From an uncultured virus (IMG/VR IMGVR_UViG_3300028920_001041) (Duplodnaviria; Heunggongvirae; Uroviricota; Caudoviricetes): DNA of 64,000 nucleotides. The stretch lies in the IMG/VR virus record IMGVR_UViG_3300028920_001041. One strand, written 5' to 3'. Shown here in pieces: positions 47,364-56,840 of the stretch. Made by a program: the position numbers and the translations under genes. How positions within the stretch are numbered: position 1 is the stretch's first letter; each line of letters opens with the position of its first letter. Below the pieces are notes generated by a model, which saw only the letters and a program-made list of their open reading frames with translations, did no database searches and had not been told where the DNA came from.

Positions 47364-47686
47364 AATGATATCCATATCAAAATTAGTCAAAGATAAGAAG
47401 AAATATAAATCAAAAATATTACAAGGGATGCCTTATAAAGACATCACAGAAGATTTTATTAAAAACTTAGATAATAAAGATTTAAATTCTATGCATTACA
47501 ACTCACATAAATTCTATACATATTCTTGCAAACGTTCTCATTTCAAAAAATATATTCCATTGATAGAAGAACGTCATGGATGGATTATTAAAGAGATGAA
47601 AAAACGAGGACTTAAACATGATAGTCCTCTTAGTTGTAAAGAGACAGCTCTTAACTAATTGGGCTTATGACGCCACTAGATATTAA
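47316..47686 (+). repeat. 48-bp direct repeat (47316-47363, 47639-47686) flanking one gene
   Basis: 45/48 identical; all three differences synonymous in the KRQLLTNWAYDATRY frame. Confidence 0.9.
47365..47658 (+). CDS. hypothetical basic protein
   Basis: MISISKLVKD start; H..II.EM..RGL.H.SPL. Confidence 0.65.
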   Translation: MISISKLVKDKKKYKSKILQGMPYKDITEDFIKNLDNKDLNSMHYNSHKFYTYSCKRSHFKKYIPLIEERHGWIIKEMKKRGLKHDSPLSCKETALN

Positions 47687-47698
47687 TAGGTGTATAAT

Positions 47699-48121
47699 AT
47701 GATACCACTTTATGAAGCATTATTTAATAAATACAAGAATAAATTTCTTATACACGAGCATAGAGCTGATAAAGTCGGTTTACATTATGATATTCGAATA
47801 GAACATAAAGGTAAACTCGAGAGTTGGGCGTGTCGATATGCTCCAGAATTAATCAAAGGCACCAAAAAGAAAATATTGATCATACTCCAACCTGCACACG
47901 ATCTAGATTGGTTCGATTGGGAGGGAGAAATCAAGGACGGATATGGTAAGGGTAAAGTAAAGATTTGGGATAAAGGCTCTGTTAAAAAGATTAAATGGGA
48001 TGATAACCATAAAACTATTGAGTTCACCGGAACCAAAATTAAAGGCATCTACCATATCATCAGATACACTGGTGGTAAGAAAACTCAATTCTTAATGTTT
48101 AAGGCAAAAGAACAAATATAG
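47699..48121 (+). CDS. LigD 3'-phosphoesterase (PE) domain protein
   Basis: IHEHRA..GLHYDIRIE...SWA, EGEI..GYGKGKVKIWDKG. Confidence 0.9.
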   Translation: MIPLYEALFNKYKNKFLIHEHRADKVGLHYDIRIEHKGKLESWACRYAPELIKGTKKKILIILQPAHDLDWFDWEGEIKDGYGKGKVKIWDKGSVKKIKWDDNHKTIEFTGTKIKGIYHIIRYTGGKKTQFLMFKAKEQI

Positions 48122-48139
48122 TTGTACAAGGAGTCAGCT

Positions 48140-49393
48140 ATGAAAAAAACGACCCGAGATAATAAGCGATTTCGGATTCGTGCTGAGGAACAGCTTAAGT
48201 TAAAAGGTCCTCCTTCATATAATGAAATGAACGAATCCAACATACAGAGTATGATTCACGAGCTACAAGTTCACCAAATAGAATTAGAAATGCAAAATGA
48301 GGAATTACGTAAAACTCAAATATCGCTTGAAGATGCTCGTAATAAATTTGAAGATCTTTATGAGTTTTCTCCTGTAGGATATTTGACAATTAACGAAAAA
48401 GGAAAGATTATAAAATCTAATCAAACTGCAGCACAAATGTTTGGTGTTCCAAAACAGTATGTAATTAATAAACATTTCAATCACTTTATTGCTAGTGAAA
48501 GTCAAGATATATTTTATCTTCACTGTAATTCAATTATTTCAATAGATCAAGAAGGAACTTGTGAACTCAAACTTAAGAAAATAGAGGAGAATACCTATTC
48601 TACGCTTGATGTACAGTTAAATTGTAAACTTGCAAAACCCATTAAAAATAAATTATATCAACTTAACATAACATTGACAGATATTACTAATCTTAATAAA
48701 ATTGTATCCGAAAATAAAAAAGTACAAGATCTTATTGTTGCAAAAGAAAAGTATGATGGTATGCGTCAACTTGCGGGAAAGATAGCTCATGATTTCAATA
48801 ACATATTAGCTATCATTATGGGAAAATCAGAACTCTCTATGATGGATTGTAAAGAAGGAGAAATAAAAGAAGCATTTAGAATAATATATGAACAAGCAGA
48901 AAGAGGTAATGAAACAATAAAAGAATTAATTATATTTTCTAAAAATAATGTACCAAAGAATAAACCAATAATATCCAAAAATCAAAAAATCTACACTAAT
49001 AAATACATTCTTATTGTTGAAGATGAAGAGCAATTATCCAATATGCAACGGGAAGTATTAGTCAATAAACCATTTAACCATAATGTAGATATTGCTAAAG
49101 ATGGACATATTGCTCTTAAATTGATTGAAAAGAATAGATATGATTTTATAACCTTAGATTATATCTTACCTGGCAAATTTAACGGTATGCATATATATGA
49201 GCATATTAGAGAGATAGACAGCACTGTTCCCGTATTATTTATTTCAGGCAATATGCAATTTTTAGAATCTATAAAAGAGTTAAGGAAGAATGATAACAAT
49301 ATAGATAACTTACCAAAACCACATGAAATCAATGAATATGTAAATTATGTAAATAGGTTAATAGGATTATCCTTTGATAAAAAGGAGGTGTGA
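48140..49393 (+). CDS. PAS-HisKA-receiver hybrid kinase lacking the HATPase domain
   Basis: ELQVHQIELEMQNEEL, PAS, IAHDFNNIL H-box, then directly ILIVEDE...LDYILP...FISG...KP. Confidence 0.8.
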   Translation: MKKTTRDNKRFRIRAEEQLKLKGPPSYNEMNESNIQSMIHELQVHQIELEMQNEELRKTQISLEDARNKFEDLYEFSPVGYLTINEKGKIIKSNQTAAQMFGVPKQYVINKHFNHFIASESQDIFYLHCNSIISIDQEGTCELKLKKIEENTYSTLDVQLNCKLAKPIKNKLYQLNITLTDITNLNKIVSENKKVQDLIVAKEKYDGMRQLAGKIAHDFNNILAIIMGKSELSMMDCKEGEIKEAFRIIYEQAERGNETIKELIIFSKNNVPKNKPIISKNQKIYTNKYILIVEDEEQLSNMQREVLVNKPFNHNVDIAKDGHIALKLIEKNRYDFITLDYILPGKFNGMHIYEHIREIDSTVPVLFISGNMQFLESIKELRKNDNNIDNLPKPHEINEYVNYVNRLIGLSFDKKEV

Positions 49394-49578
49394 TGTATAT
49401 AAGACTTTTAAAACTTGTTGGTTTAAACGTTGTACAGAGTGTTGTTATCTCCGGCACAATAATGATTGGACATAGTATTTATAGAAAAATCAAATTTGAT
49501 CGAGTTACTAAAAAATATGAAGATAGTCTTAAAGAGTATGAAAATAGACAATGGCAGCCAGAATCAAAGGAGAAATAA
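49390..49578 (+). CDS. small membrane protein
   Basis: AGGAGG RBS. Confidence 0.55.
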   Translation: MMYIRLLKLVGLNVVQSVVISGTIMIGHSIYRKIKFDRVTKKYEDSLKEYENRQWQPESKEK

Positions 49579-49865
49579 TGCCTAGAATAACAAATGGTAT
49601 AGAATCTGAAAACGTATTCTTGCTACAATGTCAAGAATATACGTTTCATATACTAAATTGTGACGAACAAAGATTAGCTGTGTTTAAAACAGAAGAATGC
49701 ACAGGATATTTTCAAGGTGGTGAAGTAATATCATTTGATAAGAACAAACATAAAGGTTGTAGTGTAATGATGGAAGGAAGAGATGACATATTAACTTATA
49801 TGAAACAAACTTTACCATTTGATGAATACGCAGAATATGAAAGATGGGAGTTAAAAAATGCTTGA
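49578..49865 (+). CDS. hypothetical protein
   Basis: AAGGAG RBS; ends YERWELKNA. Confidence 0.6.
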   Translation: MPRITNGIESENVFLLQCQEYTFHILNCDEQRLAVFKTEECTGYFQGGEVISFDKNKHKGCSVMMEGRDDILTYMKQTLPFDEYAEYERWELKNA

Positions 49866-50334
49866 ATATTTAAAAGATCCAATTATTATCCAATATATTA
49901 TTTCTGGAATCAATGTTATAGCAGCCATTATTGTTATTATAGCAGCATTTATGATTCGCAAGAATCGCAAACACATAGAGAAAACCACTAAATTAATGGG
50001 CAAAGCTAGTGGACATTTACAAGACACATTTGATTCAATGGTAAAATCTATGATTAGTTTAACAGAGTTAAGGAAATTGAACCCACAAGATGGTGATATT
50101 CAAATTCAAGCCGGTGAAGAAAAAAAGCCATCTAAAAAGAAAAAGTTACCTAAACCTATCAAAAAAGAATCTAATGATACTCCATTAGTTGATGCTGTAC
50201 TTGCTGGCAAAGACCCATTTATTGATCTAAATAAGACTATCGAACTAACGGATGAAGTAGATTTAAATAAAACAATCATTTTAACTGATGAAGTAATTCC
50301 ATTAACAGACGAAGTAAAAAGGGGGAAGAAATGA
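49858..50334 (+). CDS. membrane-anchored protein with I.LTDEV repeats
   Basis: N-terminal TM; DLNKTI.LTDEV twice plus IPLTDEV. Confidence 0.7.
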   Translation: MLEYLKDPIIIQYIISGINVIAAIIVIIAAFMIRKNRKHIEKTTKLMGKASGHLQDTFDSMVKSMISLTELRKLNPQDGDIQIQAGEEKKPSKKKKLPKPIKKESNDTPLVDAVLAGKDPFIDLNKTIELTDEVDLNKTIILTDEVIPLTDEVKRGKK

Positions 50335-50558
50335 AACATGAAAAAGAAGATTACAATCGCATTCAGGATCCTGAACATAAAATTCCCGAAGATGAACCTG
50401 TGTTCTTGATTAGAGCACAGGACAAAGTATCTGGGGATGCACTTCGAGCTTGGGCACAGTTAAATGATGATGCTGGTGGTGATTCGGATATAAGCACAGC
50501 AGTTTGTGACCATGCGTTACTTATGGACGCATGGCCTACTAAGAAGTTAGCGGATTAA
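50331..50558 (+). CDS. conserved phage protein
   Basis: IPEDEPVFLIRAQD motif. Confidence 0.7.
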   Translation: MKHEKEDYNRIQDPEHKIPEDEPVFLIRAQDKVSGDALRAWAQLNDDAGGDSDISTAVCDHALLMDAWPTKKLAD

Positions 50559-50562
50559 ACTT

Positions 50563-51144
50563 ATGATAAACAAGGATGTAAATACAAGAGATCTTCCCTC
50601 AGGACCTGATGGTTCTGAGGGTTGGCTTGAAACATATAATCAGAATTTCTTCTTCTATTTAGAGAAGAATCCTGAGAACATTGATATTGAGGATATTGCA
50701 CAAGGTTTATCAAATTTATGTAGATTCACAGGACAAGTTAAAGAATTCTATAGTGTAGCTCAACATAGTTGTATCATTTGTGATTATGCTCCTGAGCATC
50801 TTAAATTAATAGGTCTTCTTCATGATGGAGCAGAAGCTTACATTTCTGATATACCTAGACCGGTTAAAGGATTGATATCACAAATTAAAGAATTAGAAGT
50901 AAGTATTCAAATACAAATCGCTGATAAGTTTAAATTAACATTTCCTTATAGTGGTCAAATCGATATATTAGATGCGCAATTGATGTTAGCAGAAGCTGAC
51001 CAATTATTTAATCATCGCGTTTCTTGGCAAGTAGAAGGATTAGACCCCCTTGATGTAATAATCGAGGAATGTTGGGCTCCTCCTAGAGCTAAGAAAGAGT
51101 TCATGACTAGGTTTGAGGAACTGTACGATGGGAAAATTGATTGA
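50563..51144 (+). CDS. HD-domain 5'-deoxynucleotidase-like phosphohydrolase
   Basis: DIAQGLSNLCRFTG, YSVAQHS, LLHDGAEAYISD. Confidence 0.85.
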   Translation: MINKDVNTRDLPSGPDGSEGWLETYNQNFFFYLEKNPENIDIEDIAQGLSNLCRFTGQVKEFYSVAQHSCIICDYAPEHLKLIGLLHDGAEAYISDIPRPVKGLISQIKELEVSIQIQIADKFKLTFPYSGQIDILDAQLMLAEADQLFNHRVSWQVEGLDPLDVIIEECWAPPRAKKEFMTRFEELYDGKID

Positions 51145-51237
51145 TTTAATTACCAATCATTGGGAAGTAGTAATCCTGTATGTTGTTATTCTAGTAATAA
51201 CTTATCTAATAAGCCTCAGAGATAAAGGAGGGGAATA

Positions 51238-51417
51238 ATGTCAGTGATAATCGAAAACGCGAGGAAGATTCTTCGCCGCGAATTCGATGACGACGAAGAC
51301 TTTCGACAATCATACATAAGCAATATAGCGATGCTTCTACATGATAAATACAATATAATAAATTGGGAAGATCGTAACAATGCAGCGGAAGAAATAATGA
51401 AGTTGATATTCGGATGA
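51238..51417 (+). CDS. 59-aa hypothetical protein
   Basis: GGAGG RBS; fills operon gap. Confidence 0.55.
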   Translation: MSVIIENARKILRREFDDDEDFRQSYISNIAMLLHDKYNIINWEDRNNAAEEIMKLIFG

Positions 51418-51432
51418 AGGAGTAATTAAAAT

Positions 51433-52761
51433 ATGTCAGACTACTATTTGCATACTACCTCGGACATAATCACCCGAGGAGTGGCGAAGAACGTGATCAG
51501 AAGTTATGTGAAGAAATATTTGTTCTCACTAATCAATGGACTTTCAAGTGAACGATTTGGTTTTAACACCGTAGACAGAATATCAATCGAAGTAAAAAAA
51601 TTCTATGATGATCTATATGAAGACGAAATAATGTATATTGATAGTGCAGGGTATAGTATAATAGTTGGAGACATACCCCCAACTCAAATTAATCCGTTTA
51701 TAGACTGCTACATATATTTCTTAGAAAAATATTGTGAAACCTATTGTGACCATATATTTAGTTTGGATATTCCGATTTTCTTGAAGCATCCAGATTTTAA
51801 CACATATTCAAATTTATATAAACGCAATTATAGATCAAACCAATTGATGAAACACACATTAGATCAAAATCCAGTATTGTATGATAAGATAGTATATGTA
51901 TATCAATTTAAAATTTCAGAGCAATACGAGATCTGGAATCGCATATATGATGAGTTTTGGGCAAATGAAGATCGACTTAAACATTTCGCCTTGGGTGGTC
52001 TTGTAAGTGTTCGAGGAGTAACAGGTATTAAATTCTCACCCTATCTTGGAATGCTTTATAAGTTGCTACATATTGTTAGTAAAAAGAATTTAAAAGAAGA
52101 ATCAATTTTGCATATCCTAGGAATTTACGGGATACACGATCGTTTTCATTTAATGTTTCTTCAACAATTATTCAATGATATATATCTAAAAGATCAAAAT
52201 TGTTCTGTTCAACTTAGTTATGACACTATTAATTATTTCGTTAGCGGATTATTTAAAATTCGAGATCTAGATAGTATTATACCTCAAGATAATGGATCAT
52301 ATATTTGTGATCTAAATAATAATCTTATTGATCAAATGGATAAAATCGTGTTGTATCCTGATGCTTTGCAGGCAATAAAAGATAATATTTCATGCTTACA
52401 TAATAAAAGCGCTCTTTGCGATACAAGAGTATATTGCTATTTAAATGTCATTAGACAATTACTGTCTGATCAAATTATGAGAGAGGTTATTGATAAACAT
52501 GATTTAGTAAATCAATTCTTAGAGTTTGATACTTTTAACTCTCTAAAGAATAATATGAAACCTCTCTTTCTGAATCTAGAAAAGATTTATCCTTTTGTGT
52601 TTAGAAATTATACAGACAAAATTATGAATAATTTCAAATGGATACATTCCTTTCACAAGTGGTGGACAAGTGGACGCGACGAAAATAGACTTGAGAAAGG
52701 AATCGAGTTGTTTATAAAACACATTAATTTCCCAAAAGCAATAAATGATGACAGAGGTTAA
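51433..52761 (+). CDS. TGT/DpdA-like transglycosylase
   Basis: YIDSAGYS, FSLDIP, FALGGLV, LHILGI, SYD motifs of the TGT barrel. Confidence 0.6.
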   Translation: MSDYYLHTTSDIITRGVAKNVIRSYVKKYLFSLINGLSSERFGFNTVDRISIEVKKFYDDLYEDEIMYIDSAGYSIIVGDIPPTQINPFIDCYIYFLEKYCETYCDHIFSLDIPIFLKHPDFNTYSNLYKRNYRSNQLMKHTLDQNPVLYDKIVYVYQFKISEQYEIWNRIYDEFWANEDRLKHFALGGLVSVRGVTGIKFSPYLGMLYKLLHIVSKKNLKEESILHILGIYGIHDRFHLMFLQQLFNDIYLKDQNCSVQLSYDTINYFVSGLFKIRDLDSIIPQDNGSYICDLNNNLIDQMDKIVLYPDALQAIKDNISCLHNKSALCDTRVYCYLNVIRQLLSDQIMREVIDKHDLVNQFLEFDTFNSLKNNMKPLFLNLEKIYPFVFRNYTDKIMNNFKWIHSFHKWWTSGRDENRLEKGIELFIKHINFPKAINDDRG

Positions 52762-52764
52762 ATT

Positions 52765-54078
52765 ATGCAACCAAGATTAATGGATATCGACGCTTATGTT
52801 AAGAAAAAGAGTATAAAACAAGTATCATCAATAAGGAGATATTCTGGAGCTAAAATTGATGAATCTGGTCCTTTCTCGGAACAGATATTTGGTAGACAAG
52901 GATCAAGAGAAAGACGAGTTAGATTTGGATATATTGAGTTGAAGACTAAAGTTATTCATCCAGAAGCTTGGGATATAGTTATTAAACTCAATACAGATAT
53001 TGTTAAATGTATAAAAGGTCAACACAAATATTCTGTTGTGAAAAAAGAATTTGTACTTGATGAAGAAAATGGCGATTCTGGCCTATTTTATTTTGTATCC
53101 ATATTACCCAGCTTACGACTCGAGCAATTCTCTGAGAAGGACAAGAAGAAAGCGTCTCTTGTCAATTACGTCAAGAAAAACATGGATACGATTCTTGTAA
53201 GTAAAATGTTGGTTCTTCCGGCAGGAATTAGGGATATAACAATCTCTAAATCCTCCGGCAGAACTTTGATTCAATCGTCAGAGATTAATTTACTCTATGA
53301 CAACTTAATTAAACAATCTAATTCAATAGCAACCGATGTAGAAAGTTTACCTAGAGACATTGTAGAACCTATTGTATCCGCGATGCAACGAAATATATTA
53401 GAAATAAATACATGGATCAAAAATCGCATTAAAGGTAAACAAGGAGTCATTAGAGGTGGAATGTTTAAGAAAGTAACTGATTACTCTGGAAGACTTGTTG
53501 TTGTAGGCGATCCAGAATTAAAATTAGGATATATTGGTTTACCTTGGCAAATGGTTTTGATTCTTCACGAACCGTTTTCTATTAACTATATTTTATATAA
53601 GGATAAAACTGGTATTCCTTTGATTAAAGAAGAATTAAAAATAGAGAGCGAACCAGATATTACAGATATTAAAAGACTTTTGAAGAAAGCTAAAGAGAAC
53701 CCAACTGATATTTTACCAGAACTAAAAGATTATTTAGTAGATGTTGCTAAAGAGATAACAAGAGAAAAACAAGTACTCTATAAAAGAGATCCTGTTGAAA
53801 ATCGTGATAGTTGGATGGCGGCTTATGTTAGAGTCGATCCAGATGGATATGTTATTAAACTTAACCCGTTAGATTTTCTAAGAACGGGTGGTGACTGTGA
53901 TGGAGACACTTATGTTGTGTATTCTCTTTTAACTAACGAATCACAAAAAGAAGCTAAAGAGAAAATGAATCCAAGACATAACAAAAATATGTGGTATTCA
54001 GTCACTAATTCAGATAAATGTCCATATGAAGTTAGATTTGACGCATTAACAGCAATCTTTGCAGCAACTAAAAATTGA
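52765..54078 (+). CDS. second RNA polymerase beta' (N + catalytic part), virion-type candidate
   Basis: FSEQIFG, RFGYIEL, VLPAGIRD, GKQGVIR...DYSGRLV, KRDP, GGDCDGD; no zinc finger. Confidence 0.85.
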   Translation: MQPRLMDIDAYVKKKSIKQVSSIRRYSGAKIDESGPFSEQIFGRQGSRERRVRFGYIELKTKVIHPEAWDIVIKLNTDIVKCIKGQHKYSVVKKEFVLDEENGDSGLFYFVSILPSLRLEQFSEKDKKKASLVNYVKKNMDTILVSKMLVLPAGIRDITISKSSGRTLIQSSEINLLYDNLIKQSNSIATDVESLPRDIVEPIVSAMQRNILEINTWIKNRIKGKQGVIRGGMFKKVTDYSGRLVVVGDPELKLGYIGLPWQMVLILHEPFSINYILYKDKTGIPLIKEELKIESEPDITDIKRLLKKAKENPTDILPELKDYLVDVAKEITREKQVLYKRDPVENRDSWMAAYVRVDPDGYVIKLNPLDFLRTGGDCDGDTYVVYSLLTNESQKEAKEKMNPRHNKNMWYSVTNSDKCPYEVRFDALTAIFAATKN

Positions 54079-54086
54079 GGTAAATT

Positions 54087-55970
54087 ATGGATAAAGATAA
54101 ACACAAAATAGAAGAAATCTCCTGGGCTACATCTTATAGTCCAAGTGGGCCTAGACCAGCACCTCCTACTTATCCAACAGTGGCATCGACAGCTCCTCAA
54201 GGACAAAATCAACATGCTAAATTTAAAGGAGTGTTACCAGACTGTGCTAGAATGTATACATTTCAACAATCGATTTATTTAGCTCTTGCAAATGGTAAAG
54301 ATGTTTATGCAACAGCTAGCCCTGGTGGTGGTAAAACTTTACCATATCTGTGTTATTGGTCTCAAAGGATATTTGACATTGACACACTTGACGTACTTGA
54401 CAAAAAATGGAACCAGTATATACCATTAATAGAGAAATTATTAATTAGTCCAGAAGATTTACCAAAACTATTAATTCTTACACCAACTAGACAATTAGCA
54501 GATCAAATCTATAGCGAATTTAAACAACATTATTCTCAAATATTATCTAATATTCTTCATGCTTTACTTCAAAGATTAACTGGTCAAACTTCAGATCAAT
54601 ATGCTCACTTATTAAACATAATTCATAACCAATTACCTGTACTATCAAGACACAGGTTCCAACGATATGAAAATTTACGTCGAATGGAAGCAGATAGAGC
54701 TAATGTTGGAGAAGATAGAATTGAACAAGCAAAACGAGAAATTGAAACAATAGATACACATATTAATAATTATGGAATAGATGGGATTAAAAGAATTACC
54801 GATTCTGGTAATACCTCCAAAAAATCACTAATAGCAATAAGACACGGTGCTAGAACAGAGGGGGATCTACAAACTTCTCCAGTTATTGTTGGTATATATG
54901 AAAGTATTGAAAAGGATATAGGTAAAATCAAAGGTAACCTGGGATTGGTAGTATGTGATGAATCACATTTAATACAAGATAAAGAAATAAGAGATAGTAG
55001 CCGGGCAACAACTATAGCATTTGGTCTTTACACTATTCTTAAAGCAATTAATAATGATACAAGATTGTGTTTTCTTTCTGGAACAGCGAATCCTAGTTCT
55101 GCTCAGAACTTTGTGAATTATCTGAGAACATGCTACAATAGACGAAATATTGCAGTAATTGAAACTCCTGATTCTGCCGCTAATGCGTCACAAATAACAG
55201 TACATGCTGATGATTCAATTAATAGTGACCGATCATTGATCAATATTATGGCAAATTCTAGAACACATCATACTGTCATTGTTATGTTCTCAAAAAGAAA
55301 GATTGATAGATTAGCACAATTAGCATTAAGTAAATTAAGAAAAACACCTTTGCATAATTTAAGTTCAGGATTTAAATTTACAGATACCGCTACTAAAACT
55401 CCATTTTCAAGATATAGAAAAGTATCTTCCCGACCAGAAATTGATAGGGAAAGAACAGCAAGAGAAGCAGGACAAATGGAGGGAGCATCTCATATTCACA
55501 GTAAAGAACAAAGACAATATGTACAAGCAGGATTCGGAGTTATATATCGTGTTGATGATAAAGACCGGCGTGTTAGAGAGAAAAGTAAAGATAATCAAAT
55601 TGTCGCCGACCTATTTAAAAAAGGTAAAATAAAAGTATTGCTATCAACAGATGCAATTGGAGTAGGAGTGAATATTGATGTTAAAACAATGTACATTCCA
55701 ACGATTGAGAAATTCCATGGAGGTGGATTCAAACCTATGGAACCCTCTGAACTCTCACAGTTGATTAATAGAACAGGAAGAGGGGCATTTATGTATTCGA
55801 ATGTAGTAACTACTACTCCATTTGTTGGCCCAATTACAAATGCATTATCTTTAGCACCAAGACAATTTGCTAAAGGTGTCACAATTGAAAAGATACCAAA
55901 AGAATTATGCGCAGTAGCAAGTGGATTCAAATTTATATGGAGAAACCAAATCGGTATAAACCCTTTATGA
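54087..55970 (+). CDS. SF2 DExH-box helicase
   Basis: SPGGGKT, PTRQL, DESH, SGT, STDAIGVGVN, QLINRTGR. Confidence 0.9.
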   Translation: MDKDKHKIEEISWATSYSPSGPRPAPPTYPTVASTAPQGQNQHAKFKGVLPDCARMYTFQQSIYLALANGKDVYATASPGGGKTLPYLCYWSQRIFDIDTLDVLDKKWNQYIPLIEKLLISPEDLPKLLILTPTRQLADQIYSEFKQHYSQILSNILHALLQRLTGQTSDQYAHLLNIIHNQLPVLSRHRFQRYENLRRMEADRANVGEDRIEQAKREIETIDTHINNYGIDGIKRITDSGNTSKKSLIAIRHGARTEGDLQTSPVIVGIYESIEKDIGKIKGNLGLVVCDESHLIQDKEIRDSSRATTIAFGLYTILKAINNDTRLCFLSGTANPSSAQNFVNYLRTCYNRRNIAVIETPDSAANASQITVHADDSINSDRSLINIMANSRTHHTVIVMFSKRKIDRLAQLALSKLRKTPLHNLSSGFKFTDTATKTPFSRYRKVSSRPEIDRERTAREAGQMEGASHIHSKEQRQYVQAGFGVIYRVDDKDRRVREKSKDNQIVADLFKKGKIKVLLSTDAIGVGVNIDVKTMYIPTIEKFHGGGFKPMEPSELSQLINRTGRGAFMYSNVVTTTPFVGPITNALSLAPRQFAKGVTIEKIPKELCAVASGFKFIWRNQIGINPL

Positions 55971-55982
55971 GGAGCAGTACTT

Positions 55983-56840
55983 ATGTTTGACAAAATAACT
56001 CAGTTAATACCAACAATTCAGGGGGAAGGTCCTAAAGTTGGCGTTCCTTCCCTACTGTTAAGATTTAGAGATTGCAATTTAAATTGCCCATTTTGTGATA
56101 CTCAATGGTCTAATAAACACACAAAAGCTAATTTTTCATGGGACGATATCACAAAGTATTTAGATCAATATCCAAACATTGATAATGTTATGATTACAGG
56201 TGGTGAACCTTTCCTCTATGCATCAGAAATAGGTGAAATCGTTTCTGAACTTATTAAGAGAAGAGAAGGTCAAATTAAAACTGTTGAAATTGAGTCAAAT
56301 GGAACACTAATTAACGAAGTAAATTGTTCTAAATTATTTATGGGAGTACCAAGTGGAAAGATTAAATTATCGATTAACATATCTCCTAAACTTGGACCAG
56401 AATGTTACAGCGAAAGTAGATCATCTCCAAGAGATATACTAGCAACATATATGGATAACAGTGGTACATTAAATCGTTTAGTTGGAGCTTCATCATTCGA
56501 CTACATATACAAAATTGTTTATCAAGAAGATTGGAAAGACTATATATTAGAATTTCTTGAAGGGATTCGTTTACCACATGATAGACGTACTCCATCAAAG
56601 AGAATATATATTATGCCGATTAGTCCTGATTATCGGGATTATGATCTTACTGATCCTCAAGGACAATTCGAATTCAGTAATAAATTCAGAAAAAGTTGTG
56701 TTGATGCTGTGCAGTTCTGTATGGAAACAGGATATAAGTTTTCACCTAGAGAACATGTATGGATATATTTAGATGTAAAAAATGAACAAATTGAGGTAAC
56801 ACAAGATGCCGAACGAGAAGATAACACAGATGCTGAGTGA
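55983..56840 (+). CDS. queE: radical SAM QueE-like (7-carboxy-7-deazaguanine synthase)
   Basis: TIQGEG, CNLNCPFCDT, ITGGEP, IESNGT, ISPKL, PREH. Confidence 0.85.
   Translation: MFDKITQLIPTIQGEGPKVGVPSLLLRFRDCNLNCPFCDTQWSNKHTKANFSWDDITKYLDQYPNIDNVMITGGEPFLYASEIGEIVSELIKRREGQIKTVEIESNGTLINEVNCSKLFMGVPSGKIKLSINISPKLGPECYSESRSSPRDILATYMDNSGTLNRLVGASSFDYIYKIVYQEDWKDYILEFLEGIRLPHDRRTPSKRIYIMPISPDYRDYDLTDPQGQFEFSNKFRKSCVDAVQFCMETGYKFSPREHVWIYLDVKNEQIEVTQDAEREDNTDAE

Noticed and set aside
50563..51144. Z-genome (DatZ/PurZ) pathway
   Set aside because: HD protein looks like the common phage type and no intact purZ is present in the window
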